A stretch of 64,000 bases of DNA from Cyanophora paradoxa CCMP329 (Eukaryota > Plantae > Glaucophyta): NCBI GenBank assembly GCA_004431415.1, contig QPMI01000432.1, forward strand, positions 62,001 to 126,000, read 5' to 3'. Positions within the stretch are counted from its first letter, which is position 1; each line of letters begins with the position of its first letter. Below are positions 51,143 to 62,834 of this stretch, in pieces. Position numbers and translations under genes: made by a program. Below the pieces are notes generated by a model. That model was not told where the DNA came from and did not search any database. It saw only the letters and a program-made list of their open reading frames with translations.

Positions 51143-54100
51143 ATGGCGCGCTCGCTCTCGGCCTCGGCGCCCGATCTGTGGGTGGCGAGCCGCCTGCACG
51201 CCAGCCTGGTCATTGGCCTCGATGTAGAAGCGTCGGACAGCCCCTCCAGCGCGGCGTCTCAAGCGGCGCGGCGCGCTGAGATCCTCCGCCGCCTCGACGA
51301 CTTGCAGGCGCGGGCCCAGGTCGAAGAGCGAAACCGGAGCGATAGGGACAGCCCACAAGAGCCGCAGACGAGGCGAGCGATCTCCTCGAGCGCGCAGCCG
51401 GCGCCGGACGAGCCGGCTGTGGATCCTGAGCCGGCCCTGCGGCCGCCCTCCGCGACGCCGGAGCCGCGGCCGCCCTCCAGCTCTTCGCTCGATCCCAGTT
51501 CGAGCGGGGAGCGCGGGGAGCCGAGTTCGAGCGCGCTCCAGGAGGCCCCGCAGGACGATGCGTTTGCGTGGGAGCCCCCTCCGGCCCATCAGCAGCAGGT
51601 CTCGCGGTCATCAGAGCCCGCGGCTGCCGCCGACGTCGAATTCAGCCTCGACCCCGATCGAATGCCGGCGCCAGCGGACGAGCACGACCAGCCGGCGCCA
51701 GCGGACGAGCGTGATCAGCCGGCGCCAGCGGAGGAACATGAACAGCCGGCGCCAGCGGACGAGCCTGACCAGCCGCCGTCGGCAATGCAGCTGGACTCGA
51801 ACCTGGAGGAAGGGCTCTCGGAGCTCTTTGCGGAGGCGCGGAACGCAGTTGCCTCCGCCGCAGCAGCCGAGAGCTCCGGCTCGCCGCTTCGCAACGCGGC
51901 GGTCGCGTCGCCGGCCCCCGAGATCGACGCGCCCGCGGCGCCGGCCTCGCCGGACCATCGCGCCGCGGCCGCCCCCGTCGCGATGGCGGTCGATGCGGCG
52001 GCGGCGGACCCCGAGGCGCTCGCGATCGACGCGTACGCCCCGGCGGCCGAGCGCTCATCCTCCAGCTTCGTGTTCCCCTGCGCCCTCCACCACGACGGCA
52101 CGGCCGTCTGGTCCCAAGTCGGCGGCGTCCTACTCGACCCCTGCTTCTTCCCGCTCCCGCTGGCGGCCCTCCCTGCGGAGAAGTTCATGCCGCCGCCGCG
52201 CTGCGGGCCCGCGAACCACGAGCGGCTCGTGGAGATCTCGCGGGACGTCGTCCGGCACCACCCCATGCGGGCCTTCCGCACCTTCCGATTCCACCCCTAC
52301 TACCGCCAGGCGGGGGTGCGAGGGGCCCCTGATCTCTCCTCCCCGGCCGAGCCGCTCTGGCCTGACGCTCCCCGCAGCTGCGCGTCTCCTCGGCGTCGCT
52401 CTGCGTTCGGCTGCAGCGTGACGTGGCCCTGTGCCCCCAGGAGCCGTGCCCCGACCCCTTCTGCGCCCTCCAGCACGTCGCGCCCCAGGGTGCGATCCAA
52501 AAGAGTCCGAGCACTCCAAATTTGATCCGGGGGCCGCGGCGGCAGACGGGGAGCTGCTCGAGGACCTTGCGGCGCAGGGCGAGGCGCTGAGCGCGGTGAC
52601 CCCGGCGGAGAAGGTCCGAGTCCGCGCCCCGCCGCGTACAAAAGAACGTGGGCGCAGCCTGGCCCGTCCCACCTGATACACCCCTCGCGCACACACACAG
52701 CTCGCGAAGCAGCTGCGGGTGAAGGTCTCGAGCTACAAGAAGCTGTGCAGGAAGAGCAACATCGAGGTCCGCCCGCCCGCCCTTGCGAGGCTCCCAGCCT
52801 CCAGAGCTTAGGTGGGGCAGGCGGTGGCGCGGCGGCTGGTGGAGGACGTGGCGCGGCGGCTGCCGGCCTCCTCCCTCGCGCTCCCGGGCCTCGTCCTCGC
52901 CGAGGAGTGCTGCCCCGCAAGGCAAGGGGAACTACTCGAGGGGGACGCGGCGCCGGGTCACGGCCGCGGCCAGGAGGAGGAGGGCCCGGGCGAGGCGCTC
53001 GCCTCCTCCTCCTTCTCCTCCGGATCCTCCGACGAGGACGAGGACGAGGGCGAGGGCCCGAGGCTGATCTCGGGGTCGAAATCGAGGCGGCGTGGACGCG
53101 GGGCGGAGCCGCCGCCGCGTGGGAAGGCCTCGGGGTCGCCCGCCCTCGACGCGCGGCGCCCCGAGAGCTGGGTGCTCCACATACAGGTCCCCACCCCCTC
53201 CCCCTCCCCCGTCCCCTCTGACCGGCGCCGGCGTGCAGAGGACGGGGCGGTCGGTGGCGGAGGGGCGCCACCCGGCCTCCTCCCTCGACCTCCTCTGCGA
53301 AAAGGTGCTATGGAGCTCGCTAGCTCTGATTGCGCCCGGCCGACGATCTCCCTGTCCGCGGTCCCTGTCCGACGACCCGGCTCGCCTAAGCTAACATACG
53401 CTCTTCAAGGCGCTAGCTAGCTAGCCTAGCTTCATTGCACCCGGCCGACGGCCTCCTTGTCCGCGTGCCCAACATACATACGCATACGTCTTCGTGGCGC
53501 TGGCTCGCTAGCCTAGCTTCATTGTCCGCGCGCAGGCGGCGCGGGCGTGCCCGGGGAGCTACGCCGTGTGGGCGGCCCTCTGCGACTGCGCCCGCACCCC
53601 CGAGGCCAAGCTCGCCGCCCTCGCCCGCGCCTTGTCCGCCGCCGATGGCATGCGTGCGTCGACGTACCCCCCTGCGAACCGCCTTCGGAAGCCCCTCTGA
53701 TTGATCCCTCCGCAGCGGGCGAGTGCGCGCTGGACCTCGTCCTCCGCGCCGGTGCGCTGAGGCGGGGAGGCGCCCCCCGCTAGCCCTCCTCAGCTCTCCT
53801 AAGCCTCCCGCCGCGCCTGCTCGTGAACTTAAACTGCCCACCATCACCTTTACCTTTGTCCTCCCGCCGCGCCCCGCCCGACCCGCGTGGCGCCCCGCGC
53901 AGCGGCGCTCCGGTGCGCGGCGGGGCGGCCGGAGGAGGCGGCGGAGGGCCTCGCGGCGGCGCTGCGGGAGCAGGGGCCCGCGGACGCGCCCGAACTCCCG
54001 CCGGAGTGGGCCGCCGGCGCCGCCCTCGGGCCGGCCGAGGCCGCCGTCGCATGGCTCGTCAGGTTCGGCCGCCCGGCGCTCTCGGGGCGGCTAGACGGCT

Positions 54101-56675
54101 CTGGGAGACGGCTTGATAGACGGCTGGCTCGCCGAGCGCTGCGCCCTCCGCCGCCTTTCTGACCTTGAGCCCCTCCTCGCCCCCGCGCGGCGCGGCGCGC
54201 CAGGCTGCACGTGGTCGGGTGGCGGGACTTCCCCTCGGCGACCCTCGTCCGGGTCGGGCACCCCGGCCAGCAGGTGCGCGGGAGGAGCCGGCCTAGATGT
54301 AGCCGTACCTGGATACCCCGTGCGCGCTAGAGAACGCGGGGCGCCGCCGCTTCTTGAACGGGAGCCTAGACCCCTCGTTTCTTGTTGTTTCTAGCTACTT
54401 GATGCTAGATCCTAACGGTCGCCATAGCCCCCTGCCGGCCGGCGCTGACGCGGCGCTCGCGCGCGCGCCCCTCCGCAGCAGCCGCTGCTCTCGGACTGGG
54501 GCGCGCTGCCCCCGCTCGACCCCGAGGCCGTCCGGCGCCTCGTGTGAGCGCCCTCTCTCCCGCCGGCTCGAGGCTTCGCTTGTCTCGAGGCTCCCTCGCT
54601 CGAGGGCCCACGCGCGCCCCCGCCCGCTTCGCTCGCAGGGACATGCACGAGGCGGCCCTGCAGGACATCGCCTCCCGCCTGCGCGCCTCCTCCTGCAGCA
54701 GCAGCGGCGGCAGCGGCAGCGGCAGCAGGACGCCTGAGGGGGCGTGGCGCATCTCGTGGCTCCCCGCCTGCCTCAGCTACGCCCGCCTCCTCCGCGCCGC
54801 CCGCTCCCCCGAGTGCGCCGCCGCCGTCGTCCAGGTGCCGCCCCTCGGGACTACTATCCCCGCGCCCCGCGCCCCGCCCTCCGCCGCCTCGCTCACGTTA
54901 GAGCCTCGCGCTGCCCTTCTGAACGTCAGAGGGGACACGCCCAGCGCCCTAGATCCGCTCCCCGCCGCCTCGCTCACCTTGGAGCATCGCTCACCTGGGC
55001 GCAGGGAGCGCTGAGGACGGCCCCGGGCTCGGTCGAGCTGTGGCTCGAGTACGCCGCCTGCGAGGCGGTGCGCGCGCCGCTCTTTCGCCCTCTGAGGCGG
55101 CGCCCCTTCGCCTCCACCGACGCTGTCTGGCTCGAGCAGGCGCGGGCCGAGGGCGGCGCGGACGGGGGCGGGGGCGGGGGCCGCGAGCGCGCGATTGGCG
55201 TCCTCCTCGAGGGCTCCAGGTCCGCCGCTGCCCCCAAGGCCCCAGCCCTAGCTCTAGCGCCAGCGCCAGCGCCAGCGCTCTGTTGTCGATGCCCGCTGCT
55301 AACGGCAAGCCGCAGCGCGCTCCCGCCGGCGCGGCAGCTGGTCGCGCTGTACGCGGCGGCCGTCTGGGCCCTCCTCGGCGACCGCGACGGGGACGGGGAC
55401 GGCGACGGGGACGACGAGGGCGCCCCCGGGGGGCCGGCCAGACCCCGGTCCGTGCCAGCGCTCACGATCGTGCCTGACGCTAGCTCTGGCCTCATCCCGC
55501 CCGGCCTTCGCTCACCCCCCGCCTCGCTCCTCCCGCAGTGCTAGCGGGGACCTCGAGGTGGCGCTGCGCGTGCTCGGCATCGCAGCTCGCGCGATGGCCG
55601 GCCACAAGACCCGCGAGGGCGACGCCGACGAGGTGCGAGAGGGGCGGCGGGAGGCGCTCCGTCAGCCGGGCCGCTTTAGTTTTCTTGAAGCTACTATCCG
55701 CCCGCTCCGACGTGCTTGCGCGCCCGGCGCTGCGGCTGACCCCCCCCCCCCGGCAGGGCCAGGGCGTGGGGGAGACGCGGGAGCTCTTCCGGGCCCTCCT
55801 CCCCGACCTCGCGGGGGCAGGCGAGCGCGCCGCCGGCCCCGCCCTCGAAGGTGAGCCCGAGCTTCGAACCGAGCCCGAGTTCAAGGCCTTCGATGGGCGG
55901 GTCGCTTAACGCATATAAAAAGATATTAAAGCTTCGGCCTCGCTTCTCGGCGACAGACGCCGCCGCCCCCGCCCGCAGAGCGTGCGGCGCTGGCGCACTG
56001 GGGCTGGGCCTGCTACGCCCTCTTCGCCGCCCTCTTCGGCTGCGACGAGGAGGCGCGGGGCGCCGCCCGCGCCGCCGCCGCCGCCTCCGCCTCCGCCTCC
56101 TCCTCCACCGCCTCGACTTCGAGCCTGTACCACGAGAGGCAGTGCGCGAAGCTCGCTTGCATTCCTCTGTTTCTACAGCGGACCTAACTCCTCGCGCGCT
56201 CGGTTCGAGCAGGCGGTACCTCCTCGCGGCGCTGCGGCCCTCCCCGACGCACCTTTCCGAGGCGCTGGGCACCGCCATCCGGAGGGCGAGCCGCCTGCGC
56301 CAGGACTCGCCGCTGTCCTTCGGGGACCACGGGTTGGGCGGCCCGAGCGGCGCCCGTCAGAAGCCGAATGCAGGGGCACTGCAGGTACGCGCTCTCAGAC
56401 CTGCATCATCGGATCTGATCTGATCTGATCTGATCTGATGCGGCGCCAGCCGTGGGCCCGAGAGGTGCTCCACGAGGCGGGGGCGGTCGCCGAGGCGCGC
56501 CTGGAGGCCCCCGCCGCCCGCGCCGTCTCCGAGTTCGCCCGCCGCTGCTGCGCTTCGCACCGCGCCCGCAGCCCCGCCCCGCACGCCGCCCTCAGGTGTG
56601 GGATGCAGTTGGCCCCACCTCAATGCCTTGTCTTTCCTGCGATGTAACCGCTTGACCAGGCTGCACGCGGCGTGA
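51143..56675 (+). CDS. ZFC3H1/Red1-like zinc-finger + HAT/TPR protein (nuclear exosome adaptor), boundaries approximate
   Basis: HPMRAFRTFRFHPYY followed by LCPQEPCPDPFCALQH resembles the ZFC3H1 SPL..F.SYRF.PYY + C3H finger. Later HAT-like SVELWLEYA. Confidence 0.6.
51665..51772 (+). repeat. 27-bp coding tandem repeat x4 (PAPADEHDQ-like)
   Basis: Four copies of ccggcgccagcgga(c/g)ga...cag. Confidence 0.92.
56412..56439. repeat. (GATCT)n intronic microsatellite
   Basis: gatctgatctgatctgatctgatctgat. Confidence 0.85.
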
Positions 56676-57029
56676 CCGGGTCAAGTTCAAAGCGAACAGA
56701 CCGGAGCAGAATCCCCCCCCCCCTTCCGCCCCAAGCTCCCCCCAAGCTCCCCCGAAGGGGGGCCTACCCCCTTCAGCCTCCCCTCGTACCGTTCCTCCAG
56801 GCCTAGGGGAGCCCCGTACCTCTCGGGCTCCCCGTATCCCCCAGCCTACCCCCATCCAGACTGCTGAAACAGTCTTCCCCGTACTCCCCGCCCCGCGCCG
56901 ACGTCCCCCCCCCCCCGTCGTACCCCCCGTCGTACCCTCCCGTCTTCCTCCCCCACTTCCCCGCCCCCGCCCCCCCTCCCCCCTCCCCACGCCTTACTTT
57001 GGTTCAACGGTTCATCCGATGCTCTCGGT

Positions 57030-57700
57030 GTGTCACAGTGTTGTCCCCCAGCTGCACGGCCTCGCTGATCATGATCATGATCATGAGTCACGCCGGGTGA
57101 TACCCCCCGGGCCCGGGCCCCCTGCGCACTGCGGCATGCATATGCTTCGAATTTCTTCTTTATTCTTCTGAACTTCGGAATTCGAAGTTCATGATGGCCG
57201 CAGGGCCCCGGGCCCATTGCCTGATCATCATCACGGCACTGCGGCATGCCGCAGTGCCGTTGTGCCATTCAAAATTATGCATGATCCAATGATAATGCCA
57301 ACGTACGGTATGTATACCGCAGTACTAGTGCCATAGTACCCACGTATTTTCTGTGACACTTTCACATTCTTGGAAGCTCATCCGAGTTTTGCACGGCCCT
57401 TCTGCCGGGCTGATGCCGCTGATCACGAGGGCATGACTTACACTCGATGACTCCGCCTGCTTACACTCGATGACTGCTACCGTACCCTAAGACTGGGCCT
57501 ACTATTGCTAGGCTACCCTAAGCGGGGTGCACGTGTACATGGCCATGACCCTGAAGCCTGCAGCTGACAGAAAGGAAACTTGAAAAGAGAGAGAAAGGCC
57601 CAGGCGGGCCTCAGATCCCAGGCTTGAAGCCGGCCTGGGCCCGGCCCGGGGCCTCTAGATCTCCCGGGCCCCGGGCCCCGGCCCGGGCCTCAAGCTAGGC
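57030..57700. repeat. Palindrome-rich intergenic island 2
   Basis: (TGATCA)3, CCCGGGCCCGGG, a 28-bp perfect palindrome at 57233-57260, a 9-bp hairpin at 57169-57191, and the direct repeat cttacactcgatgact x2. Confidence 0.8.
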
Positions 57701-57704
57701 CCAG

Positions 57705-60700
57705 CTAGGGCTTGACGCAGGTGGCCATGAGCTCGATGGCGCGGCGCTCGCGGAGGAGCTCGAGCACGCGGGCGCCCTCCCCGCCCCCGGCCTTCGAGAG
57801 CCGCGCCAGCGCGATCGCCGCGTTCCGCTGCACCTGCGGACGAAGTGAGGGGCCTGTACCCCTTCCTTCGCCGCTGCTCGGGCGCATGCGCACCGCGTCC
57901 TTCTGCTGCTGCATGACGAGGACGAGGCGCTCCGCCAGGCCTGCCTCCCGCACCCGCCTCACCAGCGAGCCTGCCGGATACAGAGAACATAAGATTTGAA
58001 TCGAACGGGTACGTGAAAGAGAGGTTGAAAAGAGAGAAAGAAAGGGGGGTACGGACCGTCGGCTGCGACGGCGTCGGCGAGGCAGAGGCAGGCGTTGCCC
58101 AGCGTCTGGGCGCTCCCCGAGCCGAGGGCGCCGGCGAGGGCCCCGACGAGGCCCGCCCCCGCCAGCGCCGCCACGCCCTCCGGCCCTGAGAAGAAGAGCT
58201 TAGAGGGAAGCTTTGAGGTGAGGGCGGCGCGGCGTGTCCGCACCGGTCTTGGCGAGGGCGGCGGCCAGGCGAACGGCGGCGGCCTCGGAGGAAGGGTCGC
58301 CTCCGACGAGCGCCAGGACGCGCTCCGGGACCCCCGGGGCCCGCAGCGCCGCCGCCGCCTCGGGCGCCGAGGCGGCGAACCGGGAGAGCAGGTTCGCGGC
58401 GGCGGCCCGGAGGGCTGAGTCCTGGAGCAGGGCGACGAGGGCGGGCCAGGGGGCGGCGGCCTGCACGGCGGGGCGGCCCTCGGGCCCCGCCGAGGCGTTG
58501 AGGAGCACGGCCAGCGCGCCCTCCCGCACCAGCGCCGGCGCCTTCGCCTCCTTCAGCGCCCCCGCCGCCGCCTCCAGCAGGAGCCCCAGGGCCGCCCCCG
58601 GTAGCCGCCGATCGGCGCTGAGGAGCGTCGCGGCGGCGGCGGCCGACTCGCGCACGGGGGCGCTGTGGGGCGGCCGGAGCAGCGCCGCCACGGTCGCGGC
58701 GACGGTGCCCGTCCTCAGCAGCGCCTCCCGCGCCCCGCCTGCGCGCGCGCGCCCCCCGTCAGCCGACACCAGCCAACCGCTCAGCTGAGCTTCGTTCGCA
58801 CTGTGGAGGAGGAGGCCGCGGAGGAGGCCGGCGCCGTGCTGCAGCAGCGCCCGCGGGCCGGCCGCCTCCGCCGCGCCCTTGGCCGGAGGGGGCGCCCCCG
58901 CGAGCCTCGCCAGCAGCGCCGCGAGGTACTCCGCGAGGCCGGCGCGAGCCGCGAGCTCCCCCCGCACCCGCTCTGCGCGCTCCGCGTCAGGTGCCGGCGA
59001 GGGGTAGAGGGAGATAGGGAGGGGGAGGGGAGGGGTACCGTGCGCGGCGCAGGTCTCGAGGAGCTGCAGGGCGACCACCTGCGGAAGGGATGGGGGTACA
59101 GGTCAGAAAGGGAGGGGGAACTAAAAGGCGGGGGGAGGGGGTACGGGGCGCCTGGTGGCGGACGTCGCGGGCGGCGAGGAGCTCGTCGCAGGCGAGGGGC
59201 AGTACCCCCGCGTCCAGCACCTCCGCCTGGCTCGGGCCTGCGGCGAACGAAGGGGGGGCGGGGCCTGCGTGAGCCGAGGGCGGCGGCTCGACCGGAGGCT
59301 CGCGGAAGGGCGCGCCGTGGTCGATGCAGCAGGAGGTGAGGACGGGGAAGAGTGCGCAGACGTCGCCCCCGCCCTTCACCGCCTCGCACAGCTGCCGCAC
59401 CAGGCCGCCCATCCTCGCCCACACCCGCGCCTCCTCTGCGGGGGAGAGCGTCGGAACGGGAGCGTCGGGAGGCTCTGGAGGGGTACAGGGGCGGACCGCG
59501 CTCCATGAGGGCGACGAGGCGGGCGCTCGCGGCGACCTTCTCGACCGCCGCCGCCGAGCTGCCGAGAGACGAGAGTCAGACAAGACTACGAAGAAAGGAG
59601 CTCAAGCCTTAAGCGAAAGACAGGGGCTCAAGAAGCTCAGACAGACAGAGCTCCGAAAGCAGCTCAAGTCTTCAGCGGGGGGGCGGGCGGGGGTGCGGGC
59701 CTCTGGGGTGCGGAGGAGCAGGCGGCGACGAGGGCGGCGACGAGGCGGTCGGCCTCCTCGAGGGGCGCGGCGCCGGGCCCGCCGGCCTCCCGCAGCCCCC
59801 GCACCCGCCGCTCCTGCCCCGAGCGGTCGGTCGGTCAGCTCGGCCAGACAGAACCGAGGCACCGAACCCTCTAAGGCGTTCCTGAACCAATGCTGCCTTT
59901 CTAAGACAGACCCAAAGCCTCCGAGAGGCGGGCACCTGGGCGGCGAGCTCCCGCTCGGCGAGGATCGCCTCCGTCTGCTGCGCCACCTCCTCGTTCCCCG
60001 GCGCCAGCTCCCGCGCCTTCCTCAGATCTGACGCCGACACCCGCCCGGATCAAATCGTCTCGAAAAATTCGAAGATTCGAAAGGTTCGAATCGGGCACCC
60101 TCGAGGGCCTCGTCGAGGCGGGAGAGGGCGCGCAGGGCCGTGGCGCGCCGCACGTGCGCCTTGACGGCCCCCTCGTCCCACCGCAGCGCCTCCGCGCAGT
60201 CCACGATCGCCCCCTCGTACTCCTGCCCCCCGCCCGCCCGCCGTTGAGTTCCACGAATCTAGGAGCCCGTCTGACTATTCGCTTCTCTCCACATCTCTCA
60301 GCGCTAGAACAGAGCGCGGAGACAGCCGTTCTTCTCCTCCTCCTAGGGCCAGCGCGCGGCGCGAGCGAGCGAGCGGACCCGGAGGCGGATGCGGGCGAGG
60401 GCGCGGTTCGTGTAGATGGCCGCCGAGTCCGGGGCGAGCCGCAGGGCCTCCCCGTACCGCTCGGCCGCCTCCTCGTAGCGCCCCGCCGCGAAGCTCGCGT
60501 TCCCCTGCGCCGCGTTTTCGAAGAGATTTAATCCGGGGCGGGGGCCCGCGGACCTGCTCCTTGAGCTCGCCGGCCTGGCGCTCGCGCTCGCGGCGGCGCG
60601 CCGCGCGCTCCTCCGCGTCCCGCTCGAAGTCCCGCATGAACGCCACCGCGCTCGGGTCCATCGCCTCCTCGTCCACGTCCTCCACCTGCCCGCCCCCGCC

Positions 60701-61356
60701 CCCGCGCTCCGCTCAGCGGCCCGCTCCGAGGCTCGCCGCTGAGCGCCGCGGTCGCGGTTCGCAGCGGAGCCGATGCGCACCTGTATCCTGTCCCACTTCG
60801 AGTAATCGAAGGGCCTCTTGCCCTCGTCGGACGCCTTGGCCGCTGCGGGCGCGGCGCCTCGCTGCCCGCCGCCCGAGCCCGATGGCTCACCCTTCGATGC
60901 GCGCTCGTCAGAAGCAATTTGCTTGGCTGGCTGGCTGGACGCTGACGCTGGCTGGCTGGGCGCTGACTTGCTGGCCTTCGAACTTTCCGCGGCGGGCGCT
61001 GCCTCCTTCTTCGCCGCGGAAGCCGGTGCGACGCTGTTCCCGGGCTTCTGAGGCTCGTGAAGGACCTCGTCGAGCTTCCCGCTCCGCAGGTCCTTGATCT
61101 CGCGCTCTGCGCTCAGCGCTTAACTGAGAGCGCGCGGAGCCGGAAGCGCGCGACCGACCTACGGCATCGATCTGCTCCAGGAACCTGTCCAGATCCCGCA
61201 GCTGCGCGTGCGTGAGCGGCAGGCGCGCGCCGAGCGCGCCGTCGACCAACGGCGGCCGCTCTGGAAGCCGAGCGCAGCGGCACTGGCGTAGATGCAGCGC
61301 TGCGCACGTACCTGGCCATCGTCGAGCGGCGGCTTCATGAGCTCCTCGAGCGCCAT
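57705..61356 (-). CDS. TTC12: TTC12 (TPR + ARM-repeat dynein-arm assembly factor)
   Basis: FMRDFERDAEERAARRR..ELKEQ|GNASF, YTNRALA, KAHVRRATA (TPRs), then ARM-like helices and C-terminal VQRNAAIALARL..LRERRAIELM. Confidence 0.82.
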
Positions 61357-61436
61357 GGCGGGCGGCGCAAAAGTGGAAGTTTGCCTCGAAGCGATACCCG
61401 CCGCTGGCTTGCCCCCCTCATTGGGGGTACGAAAAA

Positions 61437-62562
61437 ATGGTCAGCCAGCGCACCTCGCGCCGCCCCGCACGCCAGCTAGCGACGCGCTCGCCGCTGAAAC
61501 GGAGTCGCTAGCTTAGCACGGCCCCGATGGATCGCATAGTCCGCGCCTACCGATCCGATCGCGACTGACATCGAGCAGGCGCAGGCAGAGGAGAAGTCAA
61601 AGGCGCTGAACAAGGTCAGCTACAACTCTGCATCGATGCGCATTGCCATCGCTATGCTCCGTGCTCATCTCTCTTCGCGCAGATGCGGGAGGTGGCTTGG
61701 CGAACCTGCGAATGCGCGGGCGCCTGCACCTCTAACGAATGTCGCAGGTCCGCATCGAGAAGCTGGTGCTGAACATCTGCGTGGGCGAGAGCGGTGATCG
61801 CCTCACCCGTGCTTCCAAGGTGCTGGAGCAGCTGACGGGCCAGTCCCCGAAGTTCGCGAAGTGTGAGTGGGGCCACGCAACCTCCTTGCTGCGCTTGTGC
61901 TGACTCGCTATGCGCCCGCTGCTAGCGCGCATCACCATCCGTCAGTTCGGGTTCGTGCTGGAAGTCCGGCGGCTCGCTTGTCCCTGCCCTGACGCCATCT
62001 CTCTGCAGCATCCGCCGTAACGAGAAGATCGCCTGCTACGTCACCATCCGCGGCGACAAGGCCAAGGAGCTCCTCGAGCGTGGCCTGAAGGTGAAGGAGT
62101 TCGAGCTCAAGAAGAGCAACTTCAGCAACACCGGCAACTTCGGTGCGGTCCTCTCCCGCTTCCTTTTTCCTTTTTCCATCTGCCGATCTGATCGGAACCC
62201 TCTACGTCGACAGGCTTCGGTATCCAGGAGCACATCGATCTCGGCCTGAAGTACGACCCGTCGACCGGCATTTACGGCATGGACTTCTACGTCGTGCTCA
62301 AGCGCCCGGGTGCCCGCGTCGCGACTCGCCGCCGCGGTTCGCAGCTTCCCTCTGCCTGGGCTGTTCACAAGGGAGCGCTGCTGACACGCCGCACAGCTCA
62401 GGGCCACATTGGTCTGAACCACAAGGTGTCGAAGGAGGAGGCCGTCAAGTGGTTCCAGTCCAACTACGACGGTGCCCAGCCCTCCCGCCGCGTCCCATGG
62501 CGCGCCCCGGTTCGCTGACCTGCGAGCCACCGAATTTCGCAGGCATTGTCCTGGACAAGTAA
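61437..62562 (+). CDS. RPL11: 60S ribosomal protein L11 (uL5)
   Basis: MRE|[44 protein letters not shown]|[31 protein letters not shown]-only first coding exon. Confidence 0.97.
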
Positions 62563-62834
62563 TTGCTCTGGACTTTGTTCCTCGCCCGACGCGATCCCCC
62601 GTGTATGAATGCATGCGCCATTTTGCTACGACGTGGGCATGGGGGGCGGATGCACTGAGGCGCATTGATATCCGGATCGGGCTGCACATGCATGGCGCTT
62701 GCAGCAGATCGTCAACCGCGAGCGCACTGCGGAGCGGGCGAAAGGAGATAGTGTAGCGGCGCCTGGAGGCCAGGGACGGCAGCGAACAACGCCAGCGCAG
62801 GGGTACACCAATCGATCGGCAGCGCCTCTGCGCA

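Noticed and set aside
57437-57475. Repeat-spacer-repeat resembling a CRISPR unit
   Set aside because: Only two 16-bp copies with a 7-bp spacer, in a eukaryotic context with no cas genes.
61527-61584. Possible GA-AG intron after an ATG at 61527 in RPL11
   Set aside because: An upstream AAAAAATG|GTCAGC at 61437 gives a normal GT-AG intron, so no GA donor is needed.
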